A DNA stretch of 64,000 nucleotides from an uncultured delta proteobacterium (GTDB lineage: Bacteria > Desulfobacterota > BSN033 > UBA1163), in assembly GCA_963708295.1 (NCBI GenBank), contig CAVPSJ010000017.1, positions 352,001-416,000 of the forward strand, given 5' to 3'. The translations under genes and the position numbers were made by a program. Of the stretch, positions 17,870-28,501 are shown one piece after another (the stretch's first letter is position 1; the number at the start of each line of letters is the position of its first letter). The notes under the pieces were generated by a model. The model had not been told where the DNA came from and did not search any database. It saw nothing but the letters and a program-made list of their open reading frames with translations.

Positions 17870-19276
17870 TTGGGGGGGGTTGCTACCATCATTCTTGCGG
17901 CAGGAAAAGGGACTCGGATGAAGTCAGAAGTGGTAAAAGTCCTTCATCCCATCCTGGGACTCCCGATGCTCTCTTATCCCGTCGCCCTCTCCTTGAACGG
18001 GATCAAGGCCGAGAAGACGATCGTCGTGGTAGGCTTCCAGGCGGATCAAATCAAAGAGATGTTTAGGAGCCCTCAGATTCAGTTTGCCCTGCAGGAAGAA
18101 CAGCTGGGCACAGGTCATGCGGCCTTGCAGGCCATCCCGTTTCTAAAGACGTTCACGGGGACGGTTCTCATTCTCTGCGGAGATGTTCCGTTAGTGAAAG
18201 CGGACACCCTCCAGAAATTTATCGGAGCTTTTGAGGAAAGTCATTCCATCCTCTCCGTATTAACCACCGTTGTGGAGCATCCGGTGGGGTACGGTCGGAT
18301 CCTCCGAAGTCCGGAGGGCTGGCTTGAGAAGATTGTGGAGGAGAAGGATGCCTCTGAAAGGGAAAGATCCATCCGAGAGATTAATACAGGAATCTATTGT
18401 GTGAAAGCTCCTTTTTTGATTGACGGCTTGAGAGAGATCGGAAAGGATAACGCTCAAGGCGAATATTATCTGACGGACCTGGTGGAGATTGCAAAGCAGA
18501 AAGGTTTAAAATGTTCCGCTCATGTCGTTTCTGATCCGGTGGAGGTGATGGGGATCAATACACGGGTCGATCTTGCCATGGCCAACGAAGTCCTCCGGCT
18601 GGCAAAATTAAGGGATCTGATGCTATCGGGTGTCACGATGGTGGACCCCAAGACCACTTATGTCGATCAAACCGTTGACGTGGGAAAAGACACCCTGCTC
18701 TATCCGAACTGTCATCTGCAAGGAAGGACGAAGATCGGGGAACGGTGTATCATCGAGCCCAACACAAAGATTTCAGATTCGATCGTCGGCAATGGCGTGA
18801 CGATTCGTTCAAATTCGGTGATCACGGAAAGCAAAATTGGAGAGGGGGCTTGCATTGGTCCCTTTTCGCACCTGCGGCCGTTGAGCGAGTTAAAAACCAA
18901 GGCCACGATCGGAAACTTCGTGGAGGTGAAAAAATCGGTCATTGGCAAAGGGTCCAAAGCGAACCACCTTGCCTACATCGGAGATTCAATCGTCGGGGAA
19001 GAGGTCAACATCGGTGCCGGGACCATTACCTGTAACTACGACGGGTTCAAGAAGCATCAGACGATCATCGGCGATCGGGTTTTTGTGGGATCGAACGTAG
19101 AACTCGTGGCGCCTGTCAAGCTGGGAAACGGTTCTACGATTGGTGCGGGTTCTACCGTCACGGAGGATGTTCCGGGAGGGGCCCTGGCGATTAGCCGGAC
19201 GAAGCAGAAGAACATCAAGGGTTGGACTAAGAAGGTAGAGCATCCTCGCAAGAGAATGAAAAGCAAGAGGGGTTGA
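17870..19276 (+). CDS. glmU: Bifunctional UDP-GlcNAc pyrophosphorylase / glucosamine-1-P acetyltransferase
   Basis: ILAAGKGTRMKS, EQLGTGHA, NAQGEYYLTD, GNFVEVK, ITCNYDG. Confidence 0.97.
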   Translation: MGGVATIILAAGKGTRMKSEVVKVLHPILGLPMLSYPVALSLNGIKAEKTIVVVGFQADQIKEMFRSPQIQFALQEEQLGTGHAALQAIPFLKTFTGTVLILCGDVPLVKADTLQKFIGAFEESHSILSVLTTVVEHPVGYGRILRSPEGWLEKIVEEKDASERERSIREINTGIYCVKAPFLIDGLREIGKDNAQGEYYLTDLVEIAKQKGLKCSAHVVSDPVEVMGINTRVDLAMANEVLRLAKLRDLMLSGVTMVDPKTTYVDQTVDVGKDTLLYPNCHLQGRTKIGERCIIEPNTKISDSIVGNGVTIRSNSVITESKIGEGACIGPFSHLRPLSELKTKATIGNFVEVKKSVIGKGSKANHLAYIGDSIVGEEVNIGAGTITCNYDGFKKHQTIIGDRVFVGSNVELVAPVKLGNGSTIGAGSTVTEDVPGGALAISRTKQKNIKGWTKKVEHPRKRMKSKRG

Positions 19277-19279
19277 GAG

Positions 19280-21109
19280 ATGTGTGGCATTGTTGGATAT
19301 ATCGGTCCCAGGGAGACGGCAAGGGTTCTTATTGATGGGCTCAGACGGCTCGAATATCGAGGCTATGACTCTGCAGGCATCGCGGTCTTCCACCGAGGCA
19401 AGATCGAGATCCGTAGAAAAGAAGGGAAATTAGCAAAGTTAGAGGAGTTCATCGGGAAAGAAACCTTTGACGGGAAGGTAGGGATCGGTCATACGCGATG
19501 GGCGACCCATGGAAGGCCATCCGACGAGAATGCCCATCCTCATAAGGCAGGCAAGGTCGCTGTCGTCCATAATGGCATCATCGAAAACTATCTTGCCCTC
19601 AAAGAAATTCTCAAGGGCAAGGGTCATGTTTTCACTTCTGAAACAGATACGGAGATCATTTCCCATCTGATCGACGAACTCCTTCAGCAGGGATATTCTT
19701 CCTTGGAAGCAGTGAGGATCGCATTGGATAAGATTAAAGGCTCTTATGCATTGGGCATCCTTCTTGAAGGAGAGGAACAATCTTTGATCGCCGCCCGCAA
19801 GGAGAGTCCCCTGGTGATCGGCCTCGGAAAGGGAGAATATTTTGTCGCCTCGGACATCCCTCCGGTTCTTCCCTATACCCGAGAGTTTATTTTTATGGAA
19901 GACGGCGAAGTGGCACTTCTTTCCTCTCAGGGAGTGAAATTCTTCAATGCCAAAGGAGGCGAAATCTCGAAAGAACCGAAGCAAGTGAACTGGAATCCCT
20001 TGATGGCAGAGAAGGGTGGGTATAAACATTTCATGCTCAAGGAGATCTTCGAACAGCCCAGGGCGGTGATCGATACGATCCGGGGCCGGATCTCAGAGGA
20101 GAAGGGCGATGCCGTTCTCGAAAACGTCCACTTTGATCCAACGTTTCTGAAGAAGATGCGGCGGATCAATCTAATTGCTTGTGGCACTTCCTACCATGCT
20201 GCACTTGTAGGAAAGTTCCTCATCGAAGAGTTCTGTCGAATACCGGTGGAGGCGGATATCGGCTCGGAGTTCCGATATCGGAATCCCATTATTGAAAAGG
20301 ATCATTTCCTTGTTGCCATTTCCCAATCTGGAGAGACAGCAGATACCCTGGCTGCTTTGAGAGAAGCGAAACGAAAAGGAGCAATGACCTTAGCCATCTG
20401 CAATGTGGTGGAGTCAAGCCTGGCAAGAGAGGCGGACCATGTGATCTACACCCACGCAGGCCCTGAAATTGGCGTAGCCTCCACCAAGGCCTTTACCACT
20501 CAATTGGTGATCCTCTTCCTTCTTGCCCTTCGGATGGGGAGAGAACTGGGCCTGCTTTCGAGCGAGGCAGGGAAGACCTTGGTCGAGGAATTGGTCAAGG
20601 TTCCACACCTCATGGAAGAATTCCTGAAAACATCCCACCAAGTGGAAAAGATCGCCAGAAAATACCTCCATGCGAGAGATTTTCTCTATCTCGGGAGAGG
20701 GATCAACTACCCCATTGCCTTGGAAGGGGCGTTAAAATTGAAGGAGATCTCTTATGTCCATGCAGAAGGTTATCCGGCGGGTGAGATGAAGCACGGGCCC
20801 ATTGCCTTGATCGACCGGGATATGCCGGTCGTCGTCCTCGCCACGAAGAACGATGTCTATGAGAAAGTGATCTCCAATATCGAAGAGGTCAGGGCAAGAG
20901 AAGGCAAGATTATTGCCCTTGTTTCTCCCTCCGATCGAGAGATCGTCAAAAAGGTGGATGATGTGATCTTCATCCCCGAGACACTTCCTTCTCTCACCCC
21001 CATTCTCCTCACTCCTCCTCTTCAACTCCTGGCCTACTATATGGCTGACTTCAAGGGCACGGACGTGGATCAGCCGCGAAACCTGGCCAAGAGCGTGACC
21101 GTGGAATAA
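19280..21109 (+). CDS. glmS: Glutamine-fructose-6-phosphate transaminase
   Basis: [43 protein letters not shown]. Confidence 0.98.
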   Translation: MCGIVGYIGPRETARVLIDGLRRLEYRGYDSAGIAVFHRGKIEIRRKEGKLAKLEEFIGKETFDGKVGIGHTRWATHGRPSDENAHPHKAGKVAVVHNGIIENYLALKEILKGKGHVFTSETDTEIISHLIDELLQQGYSSLEAVRIALDKIKGSYALGILLEGEEQSLIAARKESPLVIGLGKGEYFVASDIPPVLPYTREFIFMEDGEVALLSSQGVKFFNAKGGEISKEPKQVNWNPLMAEKGGYKHFMLKEIFEQPRAVIDTIRGRISEEKGDAVLENVHFDPTFLKKMRRINLIACGTSYHAALVGKFLIEEFCRIPVEADIGSEFRYRNPIIEKDHFLVAISQSGETADTLAALREAKRKGAMTLAICNVVESSLAREADHVIYTHAGPEIGVASTKAFTTQLVILFLLALRMGRELGLLSSEAGKTLVEELVKVPHLMEEFLKTSHQVEKIARKYLHARDFLYLGRGINYPIALEGALKLKEISYVHAEGYPAGEMKHGPIALIDRDMPVVVLATKNDVYEKVISNIEEVRAREGKIIALVSPSDREIVKKVDDVIFIPETLPSLTPILLTPPLQLLAYYMADFKGTDVDQPRNLAKSVTVE

Positions 21110-21117
21110 CCGGGCGA

Positions 21118-21280
21118 AGGTTGAGGTTCAGGGTTAGGTTGAGAGAGGAACAAAGTTCTCAAACATCATTATCCACAAGAATACTTTCCAAATTTTTCAA
21201 ATTTTACTCAACCTTAACCTCATCCTAAACCTATTCTTTAGGAATTCATTTGACATTTGGATTTTGAAATTTGACATTTA
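21118..21280. repeat. Inverted hexamer arrays plus a heptamer array
   Basis: ggttga ggttca gggtta ggttga ... tcaacc ttaacc tcatcc taaacc; then tttgaca tttggat tttgaaa tttgaca. Confidence 0.75.
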
Positions 21281-21284
21281 TTGA

Positions 21285-23525
21285 TTGCCAATGTCTCTCC
21301 TCGACGATCTCAACCCAGTTCAACAGAAGGCGGTCTTAGAAACCGAGGGGCCGTTGCTTGTCTTCGCGGGCGCGGGGAGCGGAAAAACCCGAGTTCTGAC
21401 CTACCGGATTGCTTATCTCATCCAGGAAAAAAGAGTCCACCCCCGGAATATCTTTGCGGTCACCTTCACCAACAAAGCGGCCGATGAGATGCGGGAAAGG
21501 GTGGAAAGACTTCTTGGAGCATCGGCCCGAGGGACCTGGATCTCCACCTTTCATTCCGCCTGTGCCCGAATTTTGAGGCAGCATATTGAGCACCTTGGTT
21601 TTAAAAGGAATTTTGCGATTTATGATGATCAGGATCAGGAGCGGCACCTCAAGACGATCATGAAGGAATTGAACCTCGACTTCAAGATGTTTCCTCCCCG
21701 GGCCATTCAATCCGGGCTGGATCACTTGAAAAACGAGGGGGTCACGCCGGAACGATATTCTCCAAACCCCTATAATATCTTCCAAAAGAGACTGGCCCTG
21801 GTTTATCAGCGTTATCAAGAGGATCTTCATAGAAACAACGCGCTCGACTTTGGAGACCTTCTCTCCTTTGTGGCGATTCTTTTCAGGCGCTTTCCGGAAG
21901 TTCTCAGGTCTTATCAAGACCTCTGCCGTTATGTGATGGTGGATGAGTTTCAGGATACCAACCTCATCCAGTATCAACTCGTCCGGCAGATCGTCGAGAC
22001 GCATCGGAATCTCTTTGTGGTCGGAGACGATGATCAGGCCATCTACCGCTGGAGAGGCGCACAGGTAGGAAACATTCTGAATTTTGAAAAGGACTTTCCC
22101 GAGGCAAACGTCATCACGCTGGAGCAGAATTATCGCTCGACCCAGAATATTCTTCAGGCGGCCAACCATGTGGTCCGGAAAAACCGCTATCGAAAGGAGA
22201 AGAAACTCTGGACGGAGAATCCGGGAGGGGACCTCCTCACCTTTTACGTGGCCGAGGACGAAACGGATGAAGCCCGTTTCGTCGCTCGAAAAATCATGGA
22301 CCTGTCCAGAGAAAAATCCGTCGGGTCTTATCGCGACGTCGCTGTCTTCTACCGGATCAATGCCCAGTCTCGGGCGATTGAGGATGAGCTCGTTAAGAAT
22401 CGGATTCCCTATACGATTGTGGGAGGGATGAAGTTTTACGAACGGAAAGAGATTAAGGACGTCCTGGCCTACCTGAAATTGATTGATAACCCCGCAGACG
22501 GTCTCAGTCTGAAACGAATCATCAATGTCCCTCCGAGAGGAATCGGAGAGAAGACCCTCGAGAAGATAGAAGCCTTCTCGAGGGAGAGAAAGCTTCCCCT
22601 CTATGAAGGGTTGAAACTGGCCATCGGAGAAGATTGGCTGCCCCCTGCCGCCGCGACGAAAATGAAGGAGTTTGTCCTATGGGTCGAAGGGGTCCGGAAA
22701 GAAGCAGGGGTTCTCACCCTCAGCCAACTCACCTTGGCCCTTCTTGCGAAGACGGAGTACCTGCAACGATTAAAAGAAGAAGGAACGGATGCGGCTTTTT
22801 CAAAGATGGAGAATATTGATGAATTGATCAACGTCATGATGGGACTGGAGCAGGGAGAGGAGAAGGTTTCATTAGAAACCTTCCTGGATAAAGTTTCATT
22901 GGTGACGGACGTGGATCTTTATGAGGATAAAGGAAATCGAATTTCTCTCATGACCCTTCATTGCGCAAAGGGACTGGAATTCCCGGCGGTTTTCATCGTT
23001 GGGATCGAAGAAGGGCTTCTCCCGCACTACCGGCGGGGTGAGGAGATTGAAGATATGGAAGAGGAGAGAAGGCTCTTTTATGTAGGGATGACCCGTGCGA
23101 AGGAGAGGCTCTTGCTTTCACGGGCGGAAGAACGGTCCACTTTTGGCGTGGGCCGTGCCAATCTTCCCTCCCGTTTTCTTAGCGAACTCCCGGTCGAAAT
23201 AATGCAGGTCGAAGAGAAGAAGGGGAGAACGGACAGTCTGTTCTCCCAGGAAGTTTCCTGGAGAGAGGAAGATCACAAGACGGAGAGGGTGGCGGAGGAC
23301 ATGCCCGAGGAAATTTCCTTTCCGGAAGGCGGTGGCGTAGTTCTCAGTCCCGAGGGATTTTTTCCGCTTAAAATAGGAATGCGGGTGAGGCATTCGAAAT
23401 TTGGCGAGGGGAGAGTCAAATTCGTCGAGGGCATGGATGAGGATCAAAAGGCGACCATCGTGTTTGGAACCGTGGGCATCAAGCGTCTGAAAGTCTGTGC
23501 TGCTTACCTCGATATCCTCGAATGA
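21285..23525 (+). CDS. pcrA: ATP-dependent DNA helicase PcrA/UvrD
   Basis: AGAGSGKT, TFTNKAA, VDEFQDTN, VGDDDQAIY, LEQNYRST, MTLHCAKGLEF, EERRLFYVGMTRA, C-terminal VRHSKFGEG domain. Confidence 0.96.
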   Translation: MPMSLLDDLNPVQQKAVLETEGPLLVFAGAGSGKTRVLTYRIAYLIQEKRVHPRNIFAVTFTNKAADEMRERVERLLGASARGTWISTFHSACARILRQHIEHLGFKRNFAIYDDQDQERHLKTIMKELNLDFKMFPPRAIQSGLDHLKNEGVTPERYSPNPYNIFQKRLALVYQRYQEDLHRNNALDFGDLLSFVAILFRRFPEVLRSYQDLCRYVMVDEFQDTNLIQYQLVRQIVETHRNLFVVGDDDQAIYRWRGAQVGNILNFEKDFPEANVITLEQNYRSTQNILQAANHVVRKNRYRKEKKLWTENPGGDLLTFYVAEDETDEARFVARKIMDLSREKSVGSYRDVAVFYRINAQSRAIEDELVKNRIPYTIVGGMKFYERKEIKDVLAYLKLIDNPADGLSLKRIINVPPRGIGEKTLEKIEAFSRERKLPLYEGLKLAIGEDWLPPAAATKMKEFVLWVEGVRKEAGVLTLSQLTLALLAKTEYLQRLKEEGTDAAFSKMENIDELINVMMGLEQGEEKVSLETFLDKVSLVTDVDLYEDKGNRISLMTLHCAKGLEFPAVFIVGIEEGLLPHYRRGEEIEDMEEERRLFYVGMTRAKERLLLSRAEERSTFGVGRANLPSRFLSELPVEIMQVEEKKGRTDSLFSQEVSWREEDHKTERVAEDMPEEISFPEGGGVVLSPEGFFPLKIGMRVRHSKFGEGRVKFVEGMDEDQKATIVFGTVGIKRLKVCAAYLDILE

Positions 23526-23527
23526 GT

Positions 23528-23693
23528 AAATCCGAAACTCGAATATCGAAGCTCCTGCCTTCGCCGAAGCGGCTTCGCGCAGGCAGGCGAAACAAATTCG
23601 AAATTCAAATTTCAAAACTTTTCCAGGTTTAGAGTTTTTGGAGTTTGGGTGATTTGTGATTGTTTCGGATTTCGTGCTTCTTATTTCGAATTT
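23528..23693. repeat. Inverted heptamer-array element with a nested REP-like hairpin
   Basis: aaatccgaaactcgaatatcgaa ... ttcggatttcgtgcttcttatttcgaattt, with CCTGCC..TTCGCCGAAGCGGCTTCGCGCA..GGCAGG inserted; related to 52777-53060. Confidence 0.75.
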
Positions 23694-23707
23694 GATGGTC
23701 AGAGGAG

Positions 23708-24256
23708 GTGGCCGTGAAAACTTACTTTATCTTATCGGCGATGGGGAAGGATCGGCCAGGAATGGTGGCCGATGTTTCAGAAGTGATTTATGAGTGCGGG
23801 GGGAATATCGAAGATTCGAGCATGAGCCTCCTTCGAAACCATTTCGCCCTTCTGCTTCTTTTTTCTACGGAGAGGGAGGAAGTGAATCAGAAGCTTTCTT
23901 CTGCCCTAAAGCGACTCGAATGGGAGAAGAAGTTGACTGTTTTCTATTCTCCGATCACTTACGAGGAGGCTTACCCTAAGTTCAAGGAACAGACCGATCG
24001 GTTCAAGATCGCCACTTCAGGCGTGGATCACGCGGGGATCGTCTTCAGAGTCTGCCAGCTGCTGGCCGAGCGGGGGGTCAACATTGTCGATATGAAGACC
24101 AAACGAGTTCTTTCACCGGAGAGCGGAACCCCTTTCTTCGAAATGGAGACGGAGATTAATGTCCCCAAAACGATTTCGGAACAGGGTTTAAGGGACGACC
24201 TTCACCGTCTGGGCAATGAACTGGTCATCGATTTGGTTCTCAAAAAGGAGATATAG
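23708..24256 (+). CDS. gcvR: Tandem ACT-domain protein, GcvR-like
   Basis: G.DRPGMVA.VS......GGNIEDSSM and second ACT G.DHAGIV..V...LAERGVNI. Confidence 0.85.
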   Translation: MAVKTYFILSAMGKDRPGMVADVSEVIYECGGNIEDSSMSLLRNHFALLLLFSTEREEVNQKLSSALKRLEWEKKLTVFYSPITYEEAYPKFKEQTDRFKIATSGVDHAGIVFRVCQLLAERGVNIVDMKTKRVLSPESGTPFFEMETEINVPKTISEQGLRDDLHRLGNELVIDLVLKKEI

Positions 24257-24437
24257 ATCTACTCGATCTTTTGGATTGACAATAGAGGGGATTCTTGCTA
24301 AACGTAATTTCTGCGATTCAGGCTCTCTCGAAATTTAGTTGAACGATCCAATGAAAAAGGAGGTGAAATGCGAGGGAAAGGTGATCGGATTCACCCTGAA
24401 AAATGATGGTGCGACTCTCAAAAAAGGAGGAATGGAG

Positions 24438-25958
24438 ATGCTGAAAAGAAGAAAAGTTCTATTTTCGTATTTGACCCTGGCTTTCATATTAGTTCTTTCA
24501 GTCCAAGTCGTCTTCGCTCAAGAACTCACCCCGGCAAAAAAGACAGCCGTTGCTTGGGTGGATGGGGCAAAGGGCACTTTTGAAGAAATTGCAAAGTATA
24601 TATGGGATAATCCCGAGCTGAGTTTGGTCGAGTTTAAATCTTCGGGGAAATTACAGGAATATCTGGCAAAGAATGGATTCAAAATTGAAAAGGGTGTTGC
24701 AGGAATGCCAACGGCCTTCGTGGCAACCTGGGGGTCGGGCAAGCCTGTCATCGGATTTCTCGCAGAGTTTGATGCCCTTCCAAACCTCTCTCAGAAAAGT
24801 GGTGAGCTGACAAAAACAGAGATCATCCCCGGAGGCCCTGGACAGGGCTGCGGCCACAACGTTTTCGGGACTGCCAGTTCCACCGCAGCCATCGCCACCA
24901 AAGTGGCCATGGAAAAACATGGAATCAAGGGAACGGTGAAGGTCTTTGGCACCCCGGCTGAAGAGACTCTGGTCGGCAAAGTCTTTATGGCAAGAGACGG
25001 AGTTTTCGATGGGACCGATATCATCATCACCTGGCATCCCGGGGATGGAAACGGAGTTGATTACTCATCCATGTTGGCGATGACCAGTGCGAAATTTCAA
25101 TTCAAGGGGAAATCGGCCCATGGTGCCGCTGCTCCTGAAATGGGAAGAAGCGCCCTGGATGCGGTGGAGCTCATGGATATCGGGATGAATTTCATGAGGG
25201 AACACGTCGTCCAGGAAGCGAGGATCATGTATGTGATTACGAAGGGGGGCGAGGTTCCTAATAACGTACCTCCGGATGCGGAAGTCTGGTATTTTATAAG
25301 GGCTCCTCGAAGAACGCAGGTTGACCAGATCTGGAGTTGGATGCAGGATGTTGCTAAGGGTGCGGCGCTCATGACTCAGACGAAGATGAGTTCTAATATT
25401 TTGGCAGCGACGTGGGAAGTCCTTCCGAATAAGGCTCTGGATAAGATGGGCGATGCCAATGCAACAGCGATCGGCGCTCCGAGCTTTACTCCTGAAGACC
25501 AGAAGTTTGGCGAGGCAGTGATCAAATCGTTGGGAAAAGAGGTCAAAGGGGACGCCTTCGATACGACCATCACTCATCCTGACCTGAGCAAGACATTTCC
25601 GGATGTCTTTGTGGTGAAGGCCTCAAGCGATCAAGGTAATGTAAGCTGGATGTTTCCTATGCTTCTTTTCAGGGCTGCAACCCAAGCCAAGGGAACGCCA
25701 GGCCATTCCTGGCAAATGGTTTGCCAGACGAGTACGTCACCGGCCATGAAAGGCGGTCTGGCGGTCAGCAAGTGGATGGCTGCATCGGCTCTTGACTGTC
25801 TCACCCAGCCGGAAATAATAGCTGAGGCCTGGAAGGAGCACAATAAAAGTCTTGCCGAAACCAAGTATTACCATCCGATCCCTGCGGATCTGAAAGTTCC
25901 AAGCTTTAAGGATTTGTACGGTATGGAGCCGGGAGCCGTCCCGGGCATGAAGAAGTAG
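24438..25958 (+). CDS. M20-family amidohydrolase (AbgB-like) with signal peptide
   Basis: WDNPEL, EFDALP, GCGHN, GTPAEE, WHP, SAHGAAAPE.GRSALDA; N-terminal signal ending VFA; start chosen from SD AGGAGG at 24425-24430. Confidence 0.88.
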   Translation: MLKRRKVLFSYLTLAFILVLSVQVVFAQELTPAKKTAVAWVDGAKGTFEEIAKYIWDNPELSLVEFKSSGKLQEYLAKNGFKIEKGVAGMPTAFVATWGSGKPVIGFLAEFDALPNLSQKSGELTKTEIIPGGPGQGCGHNVFGTASSTAAIATKVAMEKHGIKGTVKVFGTPAEETLVGKVFMARDGVFDGTDIIITWHPGDGNGVDYSSMLAMTSAKFQFKGKSAHGAAAPEMGRSALDAVELMDIGMNFMREHVVQEARIMYVITKGGEVPNNVPPDAEVWYFIRAPRRTQVDQIWSWMQDVAKGAALMTQTKMSSNILAATWEVLPNKALDKMGDANATAIGAPSFTPEDQKFGEAVIKSLGKEVKGDAFDTTITHPDLSKTFPDVFVVKASSDQGNVSWMFPMLLFRAATQAKGTPGHSWQMVCQTSTSPAMKGGLAVSKWMAASALDCLTQPEIIAEAWKEHNKSLAETKYYHPIPADLKVPSFKDLYGMEPGAVPGMKK

Positions 25959-26051
25959 GATCAGAAAAAAATCGGGATTGATTGGGGGGAGGGACCTTTG
26001 GAAAACCCTCCCCCCTATTTTGTAGGCATTGAGCCAACCCATCAGTTTACC

Positions 26052-26080
26052 TTGACAAGCCAACACTCTTACAATATATT
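26052..26080 (+). promoter_or_regulatory. sigma70 promoter of the liv operon
   Basis: TTGACA-N17-TATATT. Confidence 0.65.
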
Positions 26081-26130
26081 ATCACTCGCTTGATGAGGTT
26101 ACAGTCTATCGAATGAAAGGGGGAGGATTT

Positions 26131-27303
26131 ATGAGAAGGAGGGTTCTGCTTATACTGATGGGTTTGATGCTAGGGATCTGTCTTTCCAGCAATGTTTGGG
26201 CAGCAGACGTGATCAAAATCGGATTTGACATTGAATTGACAGGGGACATCCCCAAGGTCGGCGAGGCGTCAAAATACGCTGCCGAGATGCTCAGGGATCA
26301 GATGAATCGCGCGGGTGGGCTCAAGGTCGGGAATAAATCCTACCCGTTAAATTTTGTTTACGAGGACAACGAGGCCAAAGCGGAGTCTGCCGCAGCCGCG
26401 GCCCTGAAGCTCATCACGCAGCACCAGGTTCTGGGTATCATCGGCCCACAAGCGAGCAAGCAAGCGATCCCGGCTGGAGAGGTGGCTGATACGAATCAGA
26501 CCGTGATGATCAGCGGCTGGTCCACCAACCCCAAAACCACTCAGGATCGGCCCTGGGTCTTCCGCGCCTGTTTCCTGGACCCCTTTCAGGGGCCTGTGCT
26601 TGCAAAGTTCGCCACGGAGGAGTTAAAAGCCAAGAAGGCGGCAGTCCTTTACGACATTGCCAGCGATTATCCCAAAGGTCTGGCCGAGTTCTTTAAGGAG
26701 GCCTTTGAGAAGATTCATGGGAAGGGTTCCGTGGCGGCCTTTGAAACCTTTACCACCAAAGACCGGGATTTCAGCGCCCAGCTCACCAAGATTGTGGCGT
26801 CGAAGGCGGATGTCCTGTTCACGCCCCAGTACTACGATGAGGTCCCCCTGATTGTAAAGCAGGCCCATGAATTGGGGTGGAAGAAACCTATCCTGGGGAG
26901 TGATTCCTGGGGGTCGGCCGAGTTGATGAACCTCTGCGGCAATGACTGCAAGGGTCTCTTCTTCAGCACCCATTATGCCGCGGCCGGGGCCAAGGGAGCG
27001 ACCAAACAGTTCATCGATCAATACAAAGCCAAGTACGGATACGAACCGGATGACGTGTCCGCTTTGACCTGGGACGCCACCCGGCTTTTGCTTCAGGCCA
27101 TTCAGAATACGAATGGCCTGACAGGAGATCTGAAGAAAGACAGGAAAGCCATCCGGGATCAGATGGCCAAGATCCGGGCGTTCGATGGAATCACCGGGAA
27201 GATGTCCTTCGACGGGAAGACCGGAGATCCTATCAAGTGCGCCGTGATCGTCAAGATCAGTCAAGAAGGGAAGTTTGAGTTTTACAAATCCGTTTGCCCA
27301 TGA
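26131..27303 (+). CDS. livK: Branched-chain amino acid ABC substrate-binding protein
   Basis: Signal peptide, IKIG...LTG, STNP..T, FRACFLDPFQG, DFSAQLT, FDGITG. Confidence 0.9.
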   Translation: MRRRVLLILMGLMLGICLSSNVWAADVIKIGFDIELTGDIPKVGEASKYAAEMLRDQMNRAGGLKVGNKSYPLNFVYEDNEAKAESAAAAALKLITQHQVLGIIGPQASKQAIPAGEVADTNQTVMISGWSTNPKTTQDRPWVFRACFLDPFQGPVLAKFATEELKAKKAAVLYDIASDYPKGLAEFFKEAFEKIHGKGSVAAFETFTTKDRDFSAQLTKIVASKADVLFTPQYYDEVPLIVKQAHELGWKKPILGSDSWGSAELMNLCGNDCKGLFFSTHYAAAGAKGATKQFIDQYKAKYGYEPDDVSALTWDATRLLLQAIQNTNGLTGDLKKDRKAIRDQMAKIRAFDGITGKMSFDGKTGDPIKCAVIVKISQEGKFEFYKSVCP

Positions 27304-27390
27304 AGTCCTTCTGATAAAGCCTTTCAGAGAGCGGAGGGGGCCGGATGGAAGACTTCTTCCGCTCTTCCTTCGTCTTAGGAGATAGCAGAA

Positions 27391-28323
27391 TTGACCCTCT
27401 CCATGTTCATTCAAAACGTTATTAACGCCCTCCAGTGGGGAAGCTTTTATGCCCTGATCGCGCTGGGGTATTCCATGGTCTACGGGGTGTTGCTTCTTAT
27501 CAACTTTGCCCACGGAGATATCTTCATGGTGGGAGCTTACGTTGGTTTTTTCATCTCAACCTTTCTGCTGGGGGCTTATGCTTTCCAGCTTCCATGGACT
27601 TTGTCGGGTGGCCTTGTCATTTTCTTGACGTTCTTCCTGACCATGGCGGTCACCGCCGGGGTAGGGGTGACCATCGAAAGGGTCGCTTACCGTCCTTTAC
27701 GTCGAAAGGGGGTCAGTCGGCTCTATGTGGTGATCACTGCCCTGATGGTGGGGTTGTTGCTGGAGAATGGGAATCTCGCCCTGCTGGGCGCCAGCCGGAG
27801 AAGCTTTCCTGAACTCATCCCCAAGGTTCTGTACAGTGTCGGAGACGTGAACTTTACCAATATAAAGATCATTGTCATCATCGTCACCGTGTTGGTGTTC
27901 GTCTTCCTTCAGACCGTAGTGCTTAAAACCAAATGGGGTATGGCCATGCGGGCCATCTCTTATGATCGGATGGCCGTCCCTCTGATGGGAATCCCGGCTG
28001 ACACGATCATTGTCATGACCTTTGTGCTGGGGTCTTCACTGGCCGCTGTGGCCGGAATCCTCTTCGCCATCTCCTACCCGATTTTGGAGCCTTACATGGG
28101 AGCCCTGGTGGGCTGGAAGGCGTTTATCTCCGCGGTGGTGGGCGGAATCGGCGACATTCGCGGGGCTTTCGTGGGAGGACTGATTCTGGGATTTACAGAA
28201 ATCTTTGTGGCAGCCCTGTTTCCTTCTACTCTCCGCGATCTCATCGCCTTCGGGGTCCTGTTATTGATTTTGACGCTCCGCCCGACTGGCATCTTCGGCG
28301 TCGCAAGGAGGACGAAGGTATAA
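27391..28323 (+). CDS. livH: Branched-chain amino acid ABC permease
   Basis: GSFYALIALGYSMVYG...INFAHG, KAFISAVVGGIG, RPTG. Confidence 0.93.
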   Translation: MTLSMFIQNVINALQWGSFYALIALGYSMVYGVLLLINFAHGDIFMVGAYVGFFISTFLLGAYAFQLPWTLSGGLVIFLTFFLTMAVTAGVGVTIERVAYRPLRRKGVSRLYVVITALMVGLLLENGNLALLGASRRSFPELIPKVLYSVGDVNFTNIKIIVIIVTVLVFVFLQTVVLKTKWGMAMRAISYDRMAVPLMGIPADTIIVMTFVLGSSLAAVAGILFAISYPILEPYMGALVGWKAFISAVVGGIGDIRGAFVGGLILGFTEIFVAALFPSTLRDLIAFGVLLLILTLRPTGIFGVARRTKV

Positions 28324-28334
28324 AACAAATTTTT

Positions 28335-28440
28335 TAATCTCAAATTTCAAAATCCAAATGTCAAAGGAATGCCAAAGTTCCAAGAAAATTGACAGTTGGA
28401 ATTTAGGGCTTGATGTGACATGTGAAGTTTGGAGTCTGAC
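28335..28440. repeat. Degenerate inverted heptamer array inside the liv operon
   Basis: tcaaatt tcaaaat ccaaatg tcaaagg ... ttgacag ttggaat ttagggc ... ttggagt ctgaca. Confidence 0.55.
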
Positions 28441-28501
28441 ATGAGCGCCTCCTGACTCACCGACATGGATTTAGGGTGAAAGTATTCATTGGATTTGAGG
28501 G

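Noticed and set aside
17640-17870. glmS ribozyme upstream of glmU-glmS
   Set aside because: The AGCGCC/GACGAGG core is absent and the hairpin lies upstream of the predicted promoter
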